A stretch of DNA of 64,000 nucleotides from Phycisphaerae bacterium (GTDB lineage Bacteria > Planctomycetota > Phycisphaerae > UBA1845), in assembly GCA_963666835.2 (NCBI GenBank), contig CAXXGO010000006.1, positions 160,001 through 224,000 on the forward strand. The letters are read 5' to 3'. The translations under genes were made by a program, and so were the position numbers. The notes below the pieces were generated by a model that did not search any database, was not told the DNA's origin, and saw nothing but the letters and a program-made list of their open reading frames with translations. This document shows positions 1 through 10,300 of this stretch, one piece after another (positions within the stretch are counted from its first letter, which is position 1; every line of letters starts with the position of its first letter).

Positions 1-102
1 CCGCGCTGGGGCTGGCTCTCCAACCCTAGCGGCCCGGCTTCGTAGCGCAGGTCCGGTTCATGGAATGCGATACTCGGCATCGCCGATGCAGGGAGTATTG
101 AG

Positions 103-1374
103 GTGAACCGCATCTTTCCACAACGGCTCGCGCCATTGCTGGGAACCGCCGCGGTTCTGCTTGCTTGGGCAGCACTTACCCATGTCAGATCCGAACCGGT
201 CGGGACGGAATCAACGGTTGAGCCGCCCCCTCCGGTACGAGACGTTCGGGTCCTACTCGTTCCTAGTACTCGCATGGTCAGGGTGCGGGCCGAAGGACCG
301 ATCGTCATCGAACCGGTCGAGGGCGAGGGGGCCGCAACGGTCTTCAGCTCATCCGAGTGGGTGAAGATCCGCCCCGGCGCCGGCGGCGGCTTGTCGATCG
401 CCGACGGCTCCGACCTCGGGCCGGCAGTTGCCATCGCAACCGAGTCACCAGCCGGAATCGCACTGACAACACCCGATTCCCCAGCTAAGGCTGCCAAACG
501 GCGTTATCCCGGCCGGCTGCTCGTTAGCATCACCGAAGGCAAAAGACTGCGAGTGGTAAATGCCGTCGGCGTGGAGCGATATGTGGCGGGCGTAGTGGCG
601 GCGGAGGTGTGGCCCACCTTCCACGTGGAAGCCTACCGGGCCCAGGCGATTGCCTCGCGGACTTTCGTGCTTTATCAGATGGAACGCCGCAGGAACGCCT
701 CTTTCGATGTACGGGCGACGCAGGGCTCCCAAGTCTACACCGGCTTGCGATCTGATCGAGCGGGCCGACAGGCACTGGCGGCAACGGAGTACACTCGGGG
801 AATCGTATGCACTTGGCGAGACAGCGGTCGAGATCGGCTCTTTTCGACTTACTACAGTGCCGCGTGCGGAGGGGAATCTCAGTCGGCGAGGATCTTCGGA
901 GAGAACGACGACGTTCCACCGTTGGCCGGCGGCGTAAAATGTGATTATTGCCGCATTGCTCCCGGCAAGACCTACCGCTGGGGTCCGGTGCGATTGAACT
1001 GCGGTGAGGTGCTTAGGAGAATCGTCGCCCGTTATCCGGAATGCTCCTCGCTCGGGGCGATTACCGACATTCGCACGATCGAGCGGACTCCCGGGGGCCG
1101 GGCTATTCGGCTGCGCATCGAAGGAAGCAGCGGGGAGCATCATGAGTTGCTGGCCGAGCACTTCCGGCTGGCCGTCGGGGCAAGCACCATCCGCAGCACC
1201 GATTGTGACATCAAGGTGTCGGGCAGAGACGTGATCTTTGCAAACGGCCGCGGGTTCGGGCACGGGCTGGGTATGTGCCAATGGGGGATGCAGGGGCAGG
1301 CGTTAGAGGGGAAACGCGCGGCGGACATCCTGCGTTACTACTACCCGGGCTCGAAGCTGACCCGCGCGTATTGA
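103..1374 (+). CDS. SpoIID/LytB domain protein (lytic transglycosylase-like)
   Basis: 423-aa ORF with an N-terminal hydrophobic segment and SpoIID motifs VERYVAGVVAAEV, EAYRAQAIASRT, SQVYTG and GRGFGHGLGMCQWG...ILRYYYPG. Confidence 0.9.
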   Translation: MNRIFPQRLAPLLGTAAVLLAWAALTHVRSEPVGTESTVEPPPPVRDVRVLLVPSTRMVRVRAEGPIVIEPVEGEGAATVFSSSEWVKIRPGAGGGLSIADGSDLGPAVAIATESPAGIALTTPDSPAKAAKRRYPGRLLVSITEGKRLRVVNAVGVERYVAGVVAAEVWPTFHVEAYRAQAIASRTFVLYQMERRRNASFDVRATQGSQVYTGLRSDRAGRQALAATEYTRGIVCTWRDSGRDRLFSTYYSAACGGESQSARIFGENDDVPPLAGGVKCDYCRIAPGKTYRWGPVRLNCGEVLRRIVARYPECSSLGAITDIRTIERTPGGRAIRLRIEGSSGEHHELLAEHFRLAVGASTIRSTDCDIKVSGRDVIFANGRGFGHGLGMCQWGMQGQALEGKRAADILRYYYPGSKLTRAY

Positions 1375-1390
1375 AGGCCGCTCCGTACGG

Positions 1391-3535
1391 TCAGTCCTGC
1401 ATGAGCCGATCGATGAAGCGCGATAGCCTGCGGTAGATGGTCGTGGCAATCGGTTCGGTTCGACCTTTGAGCCGCACCCGACCGGTCATCCCCTGGCGAA
1501 ACCGCGCGTCGCCCTCGGGTTGAAGATCGATAGTGATCTCAAAATACGGTTCCGCGGCCTCACCGGTCTCCGGATCCACCGCAACATCACCACCGCCGAG
1601 GTGCGTAAACGTGGGTAATCCAACGTAGCGGGTTCCGGCGGGGGTAACTCGTGCGATGACGCCCGCAGTAGTCGAGCCCGCATCAGCGGCACTGCGAAAC
1701 TGGACGGCGTCGCCGGGTTTCGGCTCCACCGCCGCGAGTTGCTCACCCGAGAGAATGACACGAACCTGCCACTTACCGGACGCGATCGTCGCCACCGGCG
1801 CGCCTTCAGGCACATACGAACCCAAGTCGGTATCTCGAAGCGAACTGACGACGACGCCTGACATCGGAGCCCGAACGCGAAGATCCGCGGAGCGGGCGCG
1901 GTGACGGGCGAGGGCCGCTCGATACACCCCGGCGCGATCCTCTTCCTGCATAGCCCGGTCGGGCTCCGCGACCCGGTAAGCATCCCGGCGGATCTCCGCC
2001 GCCCGCAGGTTCGCTTCCGCGCCGGCGATGTCTTCCACATAAAGATCATTGACCAACCGGGCGAGCAGTTCCCCCTCGTCCACCCGCTGGCCGGACTCGA
2101 CCGCGCACTTCTCGAGGAAGCCCGTCGCCCCCGCTCTGACCACCGTTTCGTGCCCGGAACGCAGCACCCCCAAAGCATGCACGCGGCTGGGAACCGGGGC
2201 CAGAATCAACAGCGCCGGCACGACCACCAGAGCGAACACGCCGACCGCCACGGCTCGGACGCGAACCGGAGCCGTCTCCTCCGCGCACCACAGGTATTTT
2301 GTCAGACTCCGCAGGGTGCGAATGATCGTGCCCCCGAGGTACACGACGGCCAGCCCCATGCCGATCACGAACATCTTCATGGCCAGAATGGCTGAAATGC
2401 TCAGCAGCAAAACCATCCGGTAGAGCGTTGCCGCAATCCCAAAAGAGAGCAAAATGCTCCCCAGCCGCCAGCCGACCGGGGCGTCGTCGGATCTGATCCC
2501 CAGCGTCATCCGCTTGAGGATGTTAAGAACGTACCGCGTCGATCGTGCCCTTAAGTTCGGTACCTCCGTCAAGTCGCTGAGGATGTAGTAGCCGTCGAAG
2601 CGCATCAGGGGGTTGATGTTGAAAAGTGCGGTCACCACGCTCGCCAGGAGCATCACGTTGTAGGCCAGGCTGTTGACCACGGAAGGCCCGGTAAACGCCC
2701 AGACGAACACGGCCAGTGCTGCGATCAGGCTTTCAACATACATCCCCCCCAAAGCAACGATAAGCCGTTCCCGCGTGCTCGAAAAGCCCCACGAGGCGGT
2801 GGCGTCGACATAGGCGCAAGGAGTGAACAGAATGAAGAAGATTCCCATTTCCGGAACGTGTCCGCCGAAGTGCTTGCACGCATAGGCGTGGCCGAACTCG
2901 TGAAAGACCTTAAGCACTACGAGGGTGACCCACATCAGGATGAGATTGCGGGTTGCGAGCAGGCCCTGCAGCGGCTCGGTGAGCCGTTCCCAATTGCGGA
3001 TGACGGTTACGCCGGCACAAATGACCAACATCAGCCAGAGGATGAAGAACGCTCTGCTATACAAAGGCCGCGCGAGGCGGACGGTACGCGTGAGAAAGGC
3101 GTCGGGGTTCCAGATGGGCACGCGCAGGAACAGAAACGCCATGAGTCTCGCCCGGCGTTGAGCGTTCTGTCGGGCTTCGTATCGCTGATAGAGCAGTTTA
3201 TCGTCCGATATCGGCAGCCGCAAAAAACCCAGCCGGTGCAGCCCCATGACGAACAGGTAGAAGTGTTCCTCGTCCTTGGGTTCAGCCAGTTCGCTTTCAA
3301 CCAACTCGGCGAAGACTTCTGCCAGAGTGCGGGTCGGGTCTATCCGGACAAGGACATCGTAATCCGCCGGCTCCAACCGCTGGCTTTGGAAGGTGATAGG
3401 GTCGCGCACCACGTAGGCAACTGCGCCGCGAAACAGGTGGCGACTGACCTCGAGGTCTTCGCGGAGGCCCACCCGCACTCCGCCAAGGCGGGAGGCCAGC
3501 GACGGGCTTGCAGATTGCGCGGGTGCGGCACTCAT
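1391..3535 (-). CDS. Site-2 protease (peptidase M50) fused to an N-terminal PqqD/RRE-like domain and a C-terminal HlyD-type membrane-fusion domain
   Basis: HExxH (FHEFGH), NINPLMRFDGYY motif, several TM helices, C-terminal lipoyl/hairpin adaptor motifs (VRAGATG, VRAPMSG). Start set at ATG 3535, which overlaps the upstream stop (ATGA). Confidence 0.88.
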   Translation of the reverse strand: MSAAPAQSASPSLASRLGGVRVGLREDLEVSRHLFRGAVAYVVRDPITFQSQRLEPADYDVLVRIDPTRTLAEVFAELVESELAEPKDEEHFYLFVMGLHRLGFLRLPISDDKLLYQRYEARQNAQRRARLMAFLFLRVPIWNPDAFLTRTVRLARPLYSRAFFILWLMLVICAGVTVIRNWERLTEPLQGLLATRNLILMWVTLVVLKVFHEFGHAYACKHFGGHVPEMGIFFILFTPCAYVDATASWGFSSTRERLIVALGGMYVESLIAALAVFVWAFTGPSVVNSLAYNVMLLASVVTALFNINPLMRFDGYYILSDLTEVPNLRARSTRYVLNILKRMTLGIRSDDAPVGWRLGSILLSFGIAATLYRMVLLLSISAILAMKMFVIGMGLAVVYLGGTIIRTLRSLTKYLWCAEETAPVRVRAVAVGVFALVVVPALLILAPVPSRVHALGVLRSGHETVVRAGATGFLEKCAVESGQRVDEGELLARLVNDLYVEDIAGAEANLRAAEIRRDAYRVAEPDRAMQEEDRAGVYRAALARHRARSADLRVRAPMSGVVVSSLRDTDLGSYVPEGAPVATIASGKWQVRVILSGEQLAAVEPKPGDAVQFRSAADAGSTTAGVIARVTPAGTRYVGLPTFTHLGGGDVAVDPETGEAAEPYFEITIDLQPEGDARFRQGMTGRVRLKGRTEPIATTIYRRLSRFIDRLMQD

Positions 3536-5433
3536 AACCAGAGACTCATCCGCAGGTAGTCGATGACCCGGTGCAAAGTGATCCACCAGACCGGGCGGGG
3601 ACCGACGTGGATCTTGGCGACCCCCTCCATTCCGGGACGAATCCAACCGGCTTGCGCAGTGAAGTCCGCCTCAGCTATATATGCGTTGCGGCCTTGTCGG
3701 ATTTGGGCTTCCGCCAATACGCGGGCGATACGGAACTCGTGGGTTTCGTCCGGGCGGGCGTAGCCGGCGAACAGCCCGGTCATGGCGGTCGACAGGTCGG
3801 CCGAGGCGGATTCGGCCACCTCCAGCTCCAGCGTCCAATCGCCCAGCGGTGCCACTTCGAAGAAAGGATCGCCGCGGGCCACGACGGAACCGATCGACTT
3901 GCGCAGGTCACCTTTGACGATCACGCCGTCCATGGGGGCTCTCAGAACCGTCTGTTCGATTCGCTGGTTCACGATGTCCAACTTGGCCTGCACGAGGTGC
4001 TGATTAGCCAGCGCCAGTTGCACCTCCACCGGCATGCTCTCGGCCATGGCCCGGTCTTTCGTCCGTTCGAGGACTGCAAGCTCGGCCAGTAGCTCGGTAC
4101 GTTGTTGAACTAGATCTCGGTCATCGAGTCGGCAAAGCACTTGCCCTTGTCTAACGCTATCGCCCTCCAGGACGGACGCGGAGGCGAGCACGCCTTCAAA
4201 CGGGGCGGTTACGTGCCGGATCTGCGCCGGGCGTACGATGCAAGGGACCGTAAGATCGTAGTTGACGGTGCCGAACGCGAACCACGTCACAGCCACCAGG
4301 GCGAGGCCGACCGTGATCTTCCTGCCGAGTCGCCGGGGAGCCATAACGGCCTTGATCGACTCGCCCAGCGAGTCGCAAGCGTGGCGCACGAAACTGCGGG
4401 CCGCCCGATCGGTGAGGCGCAAAGCCGGAACAAACGGCTCGACCCGTTCGCGAACGCTGTCGATCTGTTCGGAGCTGAGCGGGGCGTCGGCCCGTTTTCG
4501 GATGCTTATAACCGCGCAGATTCTCTCCGCTTCGCGCAGGGGAATGGAGACGACGGCGTCGCCCTGGGTGGCGGTGTGCCACTGTTTGTGCAGGCGATAG
4601 CTCTGGCTCATTTGATCTGTAGCCCAGCCGCCTGCACGATCGAAGGCGATCGGAGTGCCGGCATCCAGACACTCCTCCATGGCTCCCCGCAAGTGAACGA
4701 CCCCCGGAGATTGGCGGCGCACGGTATCCATCCCGGAGATGGACACGACCCGAACCCGCCGTCCGACCACTATCCCCAAAGCAACCTGTTCGCAGTCGAG
4801 TTTGTTGCACAGATCGTTGGTGATAGCGAAAGCCAGCTCCTCCATGGTGCGGCACGTAGCCGCCCGAGCAAGTGCGGCACTGGGCGCGGCTGAGCCGGCC
4901 GCCGGACCGGTTGAACCGCCTCCCTGCCCGCCGGATTTGACCAAGCCGGCGGTGTAGGACGCAAACCGAGCCAGAGTCCCGAGCGTGCTTAACCGATCTT
5001 CGACCTCGTCATCGGCGATCGGAACCAGAACCAGGGCTATGGCTCCGATGGGCCGACCGTTGTCATCCACGACGGGAGACGCCAGGTATGCCGCGGTTGT
5101 CCGGTCCGTTCTGGACCTCAATAGCCGTGCCCTCGGCGCCGGCTCCGCCAGTGATTCCGTCAAAAACTGCTGCAGTCCGCTTTTCCAGAAGTTCGGATCC
5201 GTCGAGCCCGTGTGCCAGTCATCTTGAACGACCTCCGCAGCGTAGCTCACATGAATGGCCGCATACGGGCATGCGAAGTAGGCCGCGATGCGGCGAAACG
5301 CATTAGTCAGGAAGCTAATGTGCGATCCGCCGCGCCTTGCCAAGGCGGCAATCTCGACAAAGGGATCGACCAACGCGCCATCGGAAGGCGGCGAAGCCTG
5401 GTCGATCGTTGACGATGTCGGATGCTCAGTCAA
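3532..5433 (-). CDS. GAF-domain HlyD/efflux periplasmic adaptor protein
   Basis: N-terminal GAF-like regions (AMEECLD, VVSIPL), one TM, adaptor motifs VTAPFEG...GDSVRQGQVL...LRAPMDG...RPGMEG. Start set at TTG 5433 behind a GGGAG RBS. Confidence 0.82.
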   Translation of the reverse strand: MTEHPTSSTIDQASPPSDGALVDPFVEIAALARRGGSHISFLTNAFRRIAAYFACPYAAIHVSYAAEVVQDDWHTGSTDPNFWKSGLQQFLTESLAEPAPRARLLRSRTDRTTAAYLASPVVDDNGRPIGAIALVLVPIADDEVEDRLSTLGTLARFASYTAGLVKSGGQGGGSTGPAAGSAAPSAALARAATCRTMEELAFAITNDLCNKLDCEQVALGIVVGRRVRVVSISGMDTVRRQSPGVVHLRGAMEECLDAGTPIAFDRAGGWATDQMSQSYRLHKQWHTATQGDAVVSIPLREAERICAVISIRKRADAPLSSEQIDSVRERVEPFVPALRLTDRAARSFVRHACDSLGESIKAVMAPRRLGRKITVGLALVAVTWFAFGTVNYDLTVPCIVRPAQIRHVTAPFEGVLASASVLEGDSVRQGQVLCRLDDRDLVQQRTELLAELAVLERTKDRAMAESMPVEVQLALANQHLVQAKLDIVNQRIEQTVLRAPMDGVIVKGDLRKSIGSVVARGDPFFEVAPLGDWTLELEVAESASADLSTAMTGLFAGYARPDETHEFRIARVLAEAQIRQGRNAYIAEADFTAQAGWIRPGMEGVAKIHVGPRPVWWITLHRVIDYLRMSLWL

Positions 5434-5479
5434 ACCCCTGGTCTCCCACCCGCAGAAACGGCCGCTCTTCTTGCCAGCG

Positions 5480-5905
5480 CTACTTGAGCGCAGACGCACT
5501 CGTGGTCAGTTCCTCCGGCAGGCAGATCGGCCGGAAGAAGGAGAAACCTGCTTCGAAGGCGTCTTCGCGAATCAGACGGCAGCGTACGCAACGGGCAAAG
5601 GTCAGCGGGAGATCAATCGCCTTGGGGTCGAATTGGAGGCGGTATATATCGCCGACCCGCGGTGGTATCGGGAACAATACACTGCACCCGCCTTCAGAGA
5701 TGTCCCCCGAAATTCCCTTGACCTTGAAAGTAAGAACTTCGCTGGCGTTGCCCGCTTGCAGAATCACCCCGACCTTCACGGCCAGGCGGAAATGAGCGCG
5801 CTGACGCCGAATCTCCTCGGTCGTGTTACGTTCGAGCTCCTGCATCAGGTGAAACGCCTCATCGCTTGTCAGCTTGTTGGGCTGCCCCTCGATGTCATCA
5901 AGCAT
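5480..5905 (-). CDS. PilZ-domain (c-di-GMP-binding) protein
   Basis: RxxxR (QRAHFR) and DxSxxG (DISEGG) motifs; ATG at 5905. Confidence 0.85.
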   Translation of the reverse strand: MLDDIEGQPNKLTSDEAFHLMQELERNTTEEIRRQRAHFRLAVKVGVILQAGNASEVLTFKVKGISGDISEGGCSVLFPIPPRVGDIYRLQFDPKAIDLPLTFARCVRCRLIREDAFEAGFSFFRPICLPEELTTSASALK

Positions 5906-5918
5906 GAATACGGGTCCT

Positions 5919-6902
5919 CTACTCGGGTTCGACCTCTCCAGGTAGACCGGCGGTTGCGGAGACGTCTTTGGTCGGCGGCGCGGGGACCAGAGCAATGTCG
6001 TCGGACTTTGGGGGTCTCCGGCCGGGCAAGTCCACGTTTACCTTCAGCCCCGACAGCCATTCCGCGCCCTCGTTGGGTACGTTGATCTTCACTTTGAACG
6101 TCTGACTGGCCCCGTCCGCTACCCGAGATGCCAGCGTTACCGTTCCCCATCTTTGAGACTGATGGAGATCGGCGGTCCGAACCAGAACCTGATCACCGGT
6201 TCGAATGTGCGGGGCGAGATCGATCGGGCAATCCACCAACACCTTGAGAGGGTCGAGTTGGACCAACGTGACGACGCCTTCGCTCTCTTCAACCGTCTCG
6301 CCCACGTATTTGAGTTGCTCCGATACGTAACCCGTAAACGGAGCACGGGCGGAGTACTCCTTGAGAGTCTCTTCCTCGCGCCGATGGGCCAGCACCGCTT
6401 GGTGATGCTCGAACTTGGCCAGCTCGTGCTCGATCCGCGTTGTCTTCTCATCCGAGCGGGCGTCGTTCAGCTCCTTGATAGAAACACTGTGTTTCTTGTT
6501 AAGGGCTTCAAGACGTTCCAGCTCTAATCGAGCCCGCTCCCACAGTGCGGCCGCCAAATCGATGTCCAGAGTCGACTCGGCAGTCGCCCGGGCTATCTCG
6601 GTCTGGGCTCGTTGCACCCCGTCTTCGAGAATGAACACCAAATCGCCCTGGGAAACCGGTTGCCCCTCCGCCACGAGAACCGCTCCGATCCGGCCCGGTT
6701 GGACCGCGGCCAGGGTGGCCTCTTGGTTAGGAGCGGTCATGCCGACCAGCGACCTCCCGGATGGGTGAGAATCGCCCGGAACGTGGTTCTCGCCGCGCGT
6801 GCTTCCGGTGGATCCGACGACGCACACCACCATAGCACCAAATGCGCAAATGCCCGGGCTGCGCCGCGAGATCGCACGAGTTGTCGATCCGGTTCTCACC
6901 AT
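5919..6902 (-). CDS. Efflux RND/HlyD-family periplasmic adaptor subunit
   Basis: Motifs PGRIGAVLVAEGQPVSQGD, RAPFTG, SRVADGASQTFKVKI, LSGLKV, with a helical hairpin between the lipoyl halves; start uncertain. Confidence 0.85.
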   Translation of the reverse strand: MVRTGSTTRAISRRSPGICAFGAMVVCVVGSTGSTRGENHVPGDSHPSGRSLVGMTAPNQEATLAAVQPGRIGAVLVAEGQPVSQGDLVFILEDGVQRAQTEIARATAESTLDIDLAAALWERARLELERLEALNKKHSVSIKELNDARSDEKTTRIEHELAKFEHHQAVLAHRREEETLKEYSARAPFTGYVSEQLKYVGETVEESEGVVTLVQLDPLKVLVDCPIDLAPHIRTGDQVLVRTADLHQSQRWGTVTLASRVADGASQTFKVKINVPNEGAEWLSGLKVNVDLPGRRPPKSDDIALVPAPPTKDVSATAGLPGEVEPE

Positions 6903-7331
6903 CGGGACGTCCGATAAACCTCGTCTGCCTGTTCAGGGCAAACCTAGAGCCCATATCTCACCATTAGCTTGTCGGATTCTGCCGTGCTTGCGGTTAGCTC
7001 TGCTTGCGGGATGTCTCTGTCTTGTTGCGCTCGAATTCCCTTGGACGTGTGAGAACGTAGGGATCGCCCGTGACCCGGAACGGGTCGGTCGTTAATGCGA
7101 CACGGACAATCCCGGATGAAGTTGTCGGCTTTTCAGGCGACGTATCGGCTCGCACCGAAGCAAGGTAGGGTGGGCTCTGCCCGACACACGCCTGCCAAGG
7201 CGAACAACCCCGCGCGAGGCGTCGGACGCAGCGCAGTCCGCACATCACAGAGAAGACTCGCTCGTCTCGTCTGCCAAGGTTAGTACCATTCGGCAGAGCC
7301 CGACCTACTTGGCTTGGACGAATGGTGCGGG

Positions 7332-10300
7332 CTACCGCCGCCGGTGACCACGCTGGTCGGACTGGTCGCTTCGGTTCGACGTACCGGCCAGGCCGCGGAG
7401 AACGCCCCAGACCTGGGCAAGGAACCCGCGCGGAGTCGTGTCGGCCGAAGCGGCATTCTCGTCCGTGACGGCCATCGACTGCCCCCGGACCTGCACCGTT
7501 TCGGACGACAGATCTCGCTGAGCCCCATCCTCTTCGTCGTAGCCTGACCCGCGCATCACATCTTCAACCGACGCATCGTCGGCCTCGAAGACATCCTCGG
7601 CGGTGGCGTCGCCTACCTGAGCAAGCACCGGCGTGGTCGCGGCCGAGACTACCGATCTTGCCGCCGGGATCTCGATGTCACCAACCGGCACGTATGCCTC
7701 TTCCGGCTCCTCCGCATCCACGTCGAAGCCTATCTCCGCAGGCATCTGATCGTCACCCGGCATGACGTCGAAAGCATCGTCGAGCCCTTCAAGCGGGTTC
7801 ATCACCCCAAGCTGCTCGAGATCGTCTTCCGTTACATCGGAGGTTTCCTCCGTAGCGGCCGCAACTGCCGAGGCGTCCGGCTCGACCTTCACCGACCCGC
7901 GATCGTCGCGGGTTTCCGGCTCCGTCGCATCATGAACCGGCCCGGAGTCGTCAACGGAATCCGTCGGACCCGGAACGACCGGATCCGGAGTGACGACAAC
8001 GGCATCGCCGGAATCGGGTTCCGGAGCGACATCCACGACGTCGTCCGTCGGATCAGGCGCGGGCGACGAATCGTCAACCGGTGCATCATCAGGACTTGGA
8101 GCAATAGCATCCGCGTCACCGGGATCGGGCTGGGGCGGATTGTCCGGTACGACATCCGGTACGTCGATCGAATCCACCGGCTCGTCCGGCGCGACATCCG
8201 GTACGTCGTTTGAATCGACCGGCTCTTCCGGCGCGACATCCGGGGTCGGTTCGTCGTCTTGTCCCGCGATTCCACCCGTTGCCGGCGGGTCGGCCACCGG
8301 AGCGTCGTTGACCGTTACGGTCACCGTATCGGTGCTGGTACTTGTGCCGTCGCTGACCTCAACCTGGAATGTCAAAGTCGTCTGCTCAGAGACGTCCGGC
8401 GCGTCGAACGTCGGCTGGGCTGAACCGGGATCGCTCAACGTCACGGCCGGTCCGCCGGTCTGGGTCCAGGTGTAGGTCAAATTGCTGTCCGGCGCCTCAT
8501 CGGCCTCATAGACCCTGACATTGCTGAACAGGCTCTCCGCAGTTGCGCCGTTGACATCGTGGTCGTTGACAAACGTCAACCGGTCGAAACTGCCGGTGAA
8601 ATAGTCACCAACCCGAATTCGATAATGCTGCCATTCACCGGCCGAACCGTCGTACGAATCTTGCCCACCGATTCCCCAGTCCTGCGTTCCGTACAACTGG
8701 AAGGTCGTGTTTTCGCTGATCGCCCCGTCGGTATCGAAACCGATCCCATGTATCTCACCCTCAACGCCGCTACGGAAGTCAAACTCCAGAATGGTGTCCG
8801 CGGTGACCGTGTAGGGGTGGTCCGTGGATTTCCATCCGTTGCCGGTAAGGTGCAAAGTGGCGCCATCGTCCTCTATCGCCACGGTGGCACTGACATCCTG
8901 CTCGGCTCCCCCGTACGAGTCGACGTTACCGTCCTGGAAAGCAATCGGGCCCTCTTCCGCCGAGGCAGCCAGCGAAACCGTCTCGCCCTCCACAACTACC
9001 TGATCGGGTCCGGCATCGACGATCAACTCCGGCTCGTATTGGGCTTCGACCGTGATAGTCACGAGATCCGTTACCGTAGTCGTTCCGTCGAATGCGTTAA
9101 CCTGGAATACAAGCTCCGTATCCTCGTCCACCGCCGGGGCGTCGAATGTCGGATCGGCAGCGTTCACATCACTCAGAGTTACCGCCGGCCCGCCTACTTG
9201 CGTCCAGGTGTAGGTCATGTTGCCGTCCACGGCCTCGTCGGCCTCATAGACCCTGACATTGCTGAACAGGCTCTCTACGGTTGCGCCGCTGGCATCGTGG
9301 TCGTTGATGAACGTCAACCGGTCGAAATCGCCGGTGAAGTAATCGCCGACCCGGATTCGATAATGCTGCCACTCCCCGGCCGAGCCGTCGTACGGATCTT
9401 GCCCGTCGATTCCCCAGTCCTGCGTTCCGTACACCCGGAACGTCGTGTCTTCGCTCTGCAGACCATCGGTATCGAAGCCAATACCGTGGATCTCACCCTG
9501 GACACCGCTGCGGAAGTCGAACTCCAGGATTGTGTCTGCGGTGACCGTGTAGGGGTGGTCTATGGATTTCCACCCGTTTCCGGTGAGGTGCAGGGTTTCG
9601 CCATCATCCTCCACCACCATGGTGGCCTCGACATCCTGGTCAATTCCCCCGTACGAGTCGACGTTCCCTTCCTGGAAAGTCACCGGCGCTACCGCGCTGG
9701 CCGAGGCATTCAAAGAAACCGTCGCTCCCTCCGTGACATCCTGATCAGGTCCGGCAAAGACGATCAACTCGGCCGCCGGGGTGTCGTTTACATTGGCCAG
9801 ATCCGCAATCTGCTCCGCGGTCAAGACCGAATCATAGATCTGTAGTTCGTCGAGGCTTCCCTTGAAGTAGGCCGTTTCGGGATCACCATCGTTGAAGTCG
9901 AACGTCCGCCCGATGTCCTGAATGGGACTGGTGAGCACGCCGGCCGATCCGTTTGCACTCCCGCTGAGCACGCCATCCACGTAGACCTGCACCTGGCCGG
10001 TTTCCGCATCACGGGTGAACGCAACGTGATGCCATTGACCGTCGTTGATGGCGGTGTCGCTCCGGGCGCCGGATTCATCTCCGACCGAAATGCCGATCCG
10101 CCCCTGGTCATCAATGGCCCCCCACCGGATGTCGTTCGTGCCCCCGGACTGCTCACTGCCGACGATCGACGGTGAGTAGTAAGACTGGGGAACGCCGGTC
10201 TGATCCGTCTGGATCCACGCGGAGAGTGTTGCGGTGCCGTTCAGCCACTGACCCAAGTCCGTATCGGAGTGAACGTAATCGTCCACACCGTCAAACGTGA

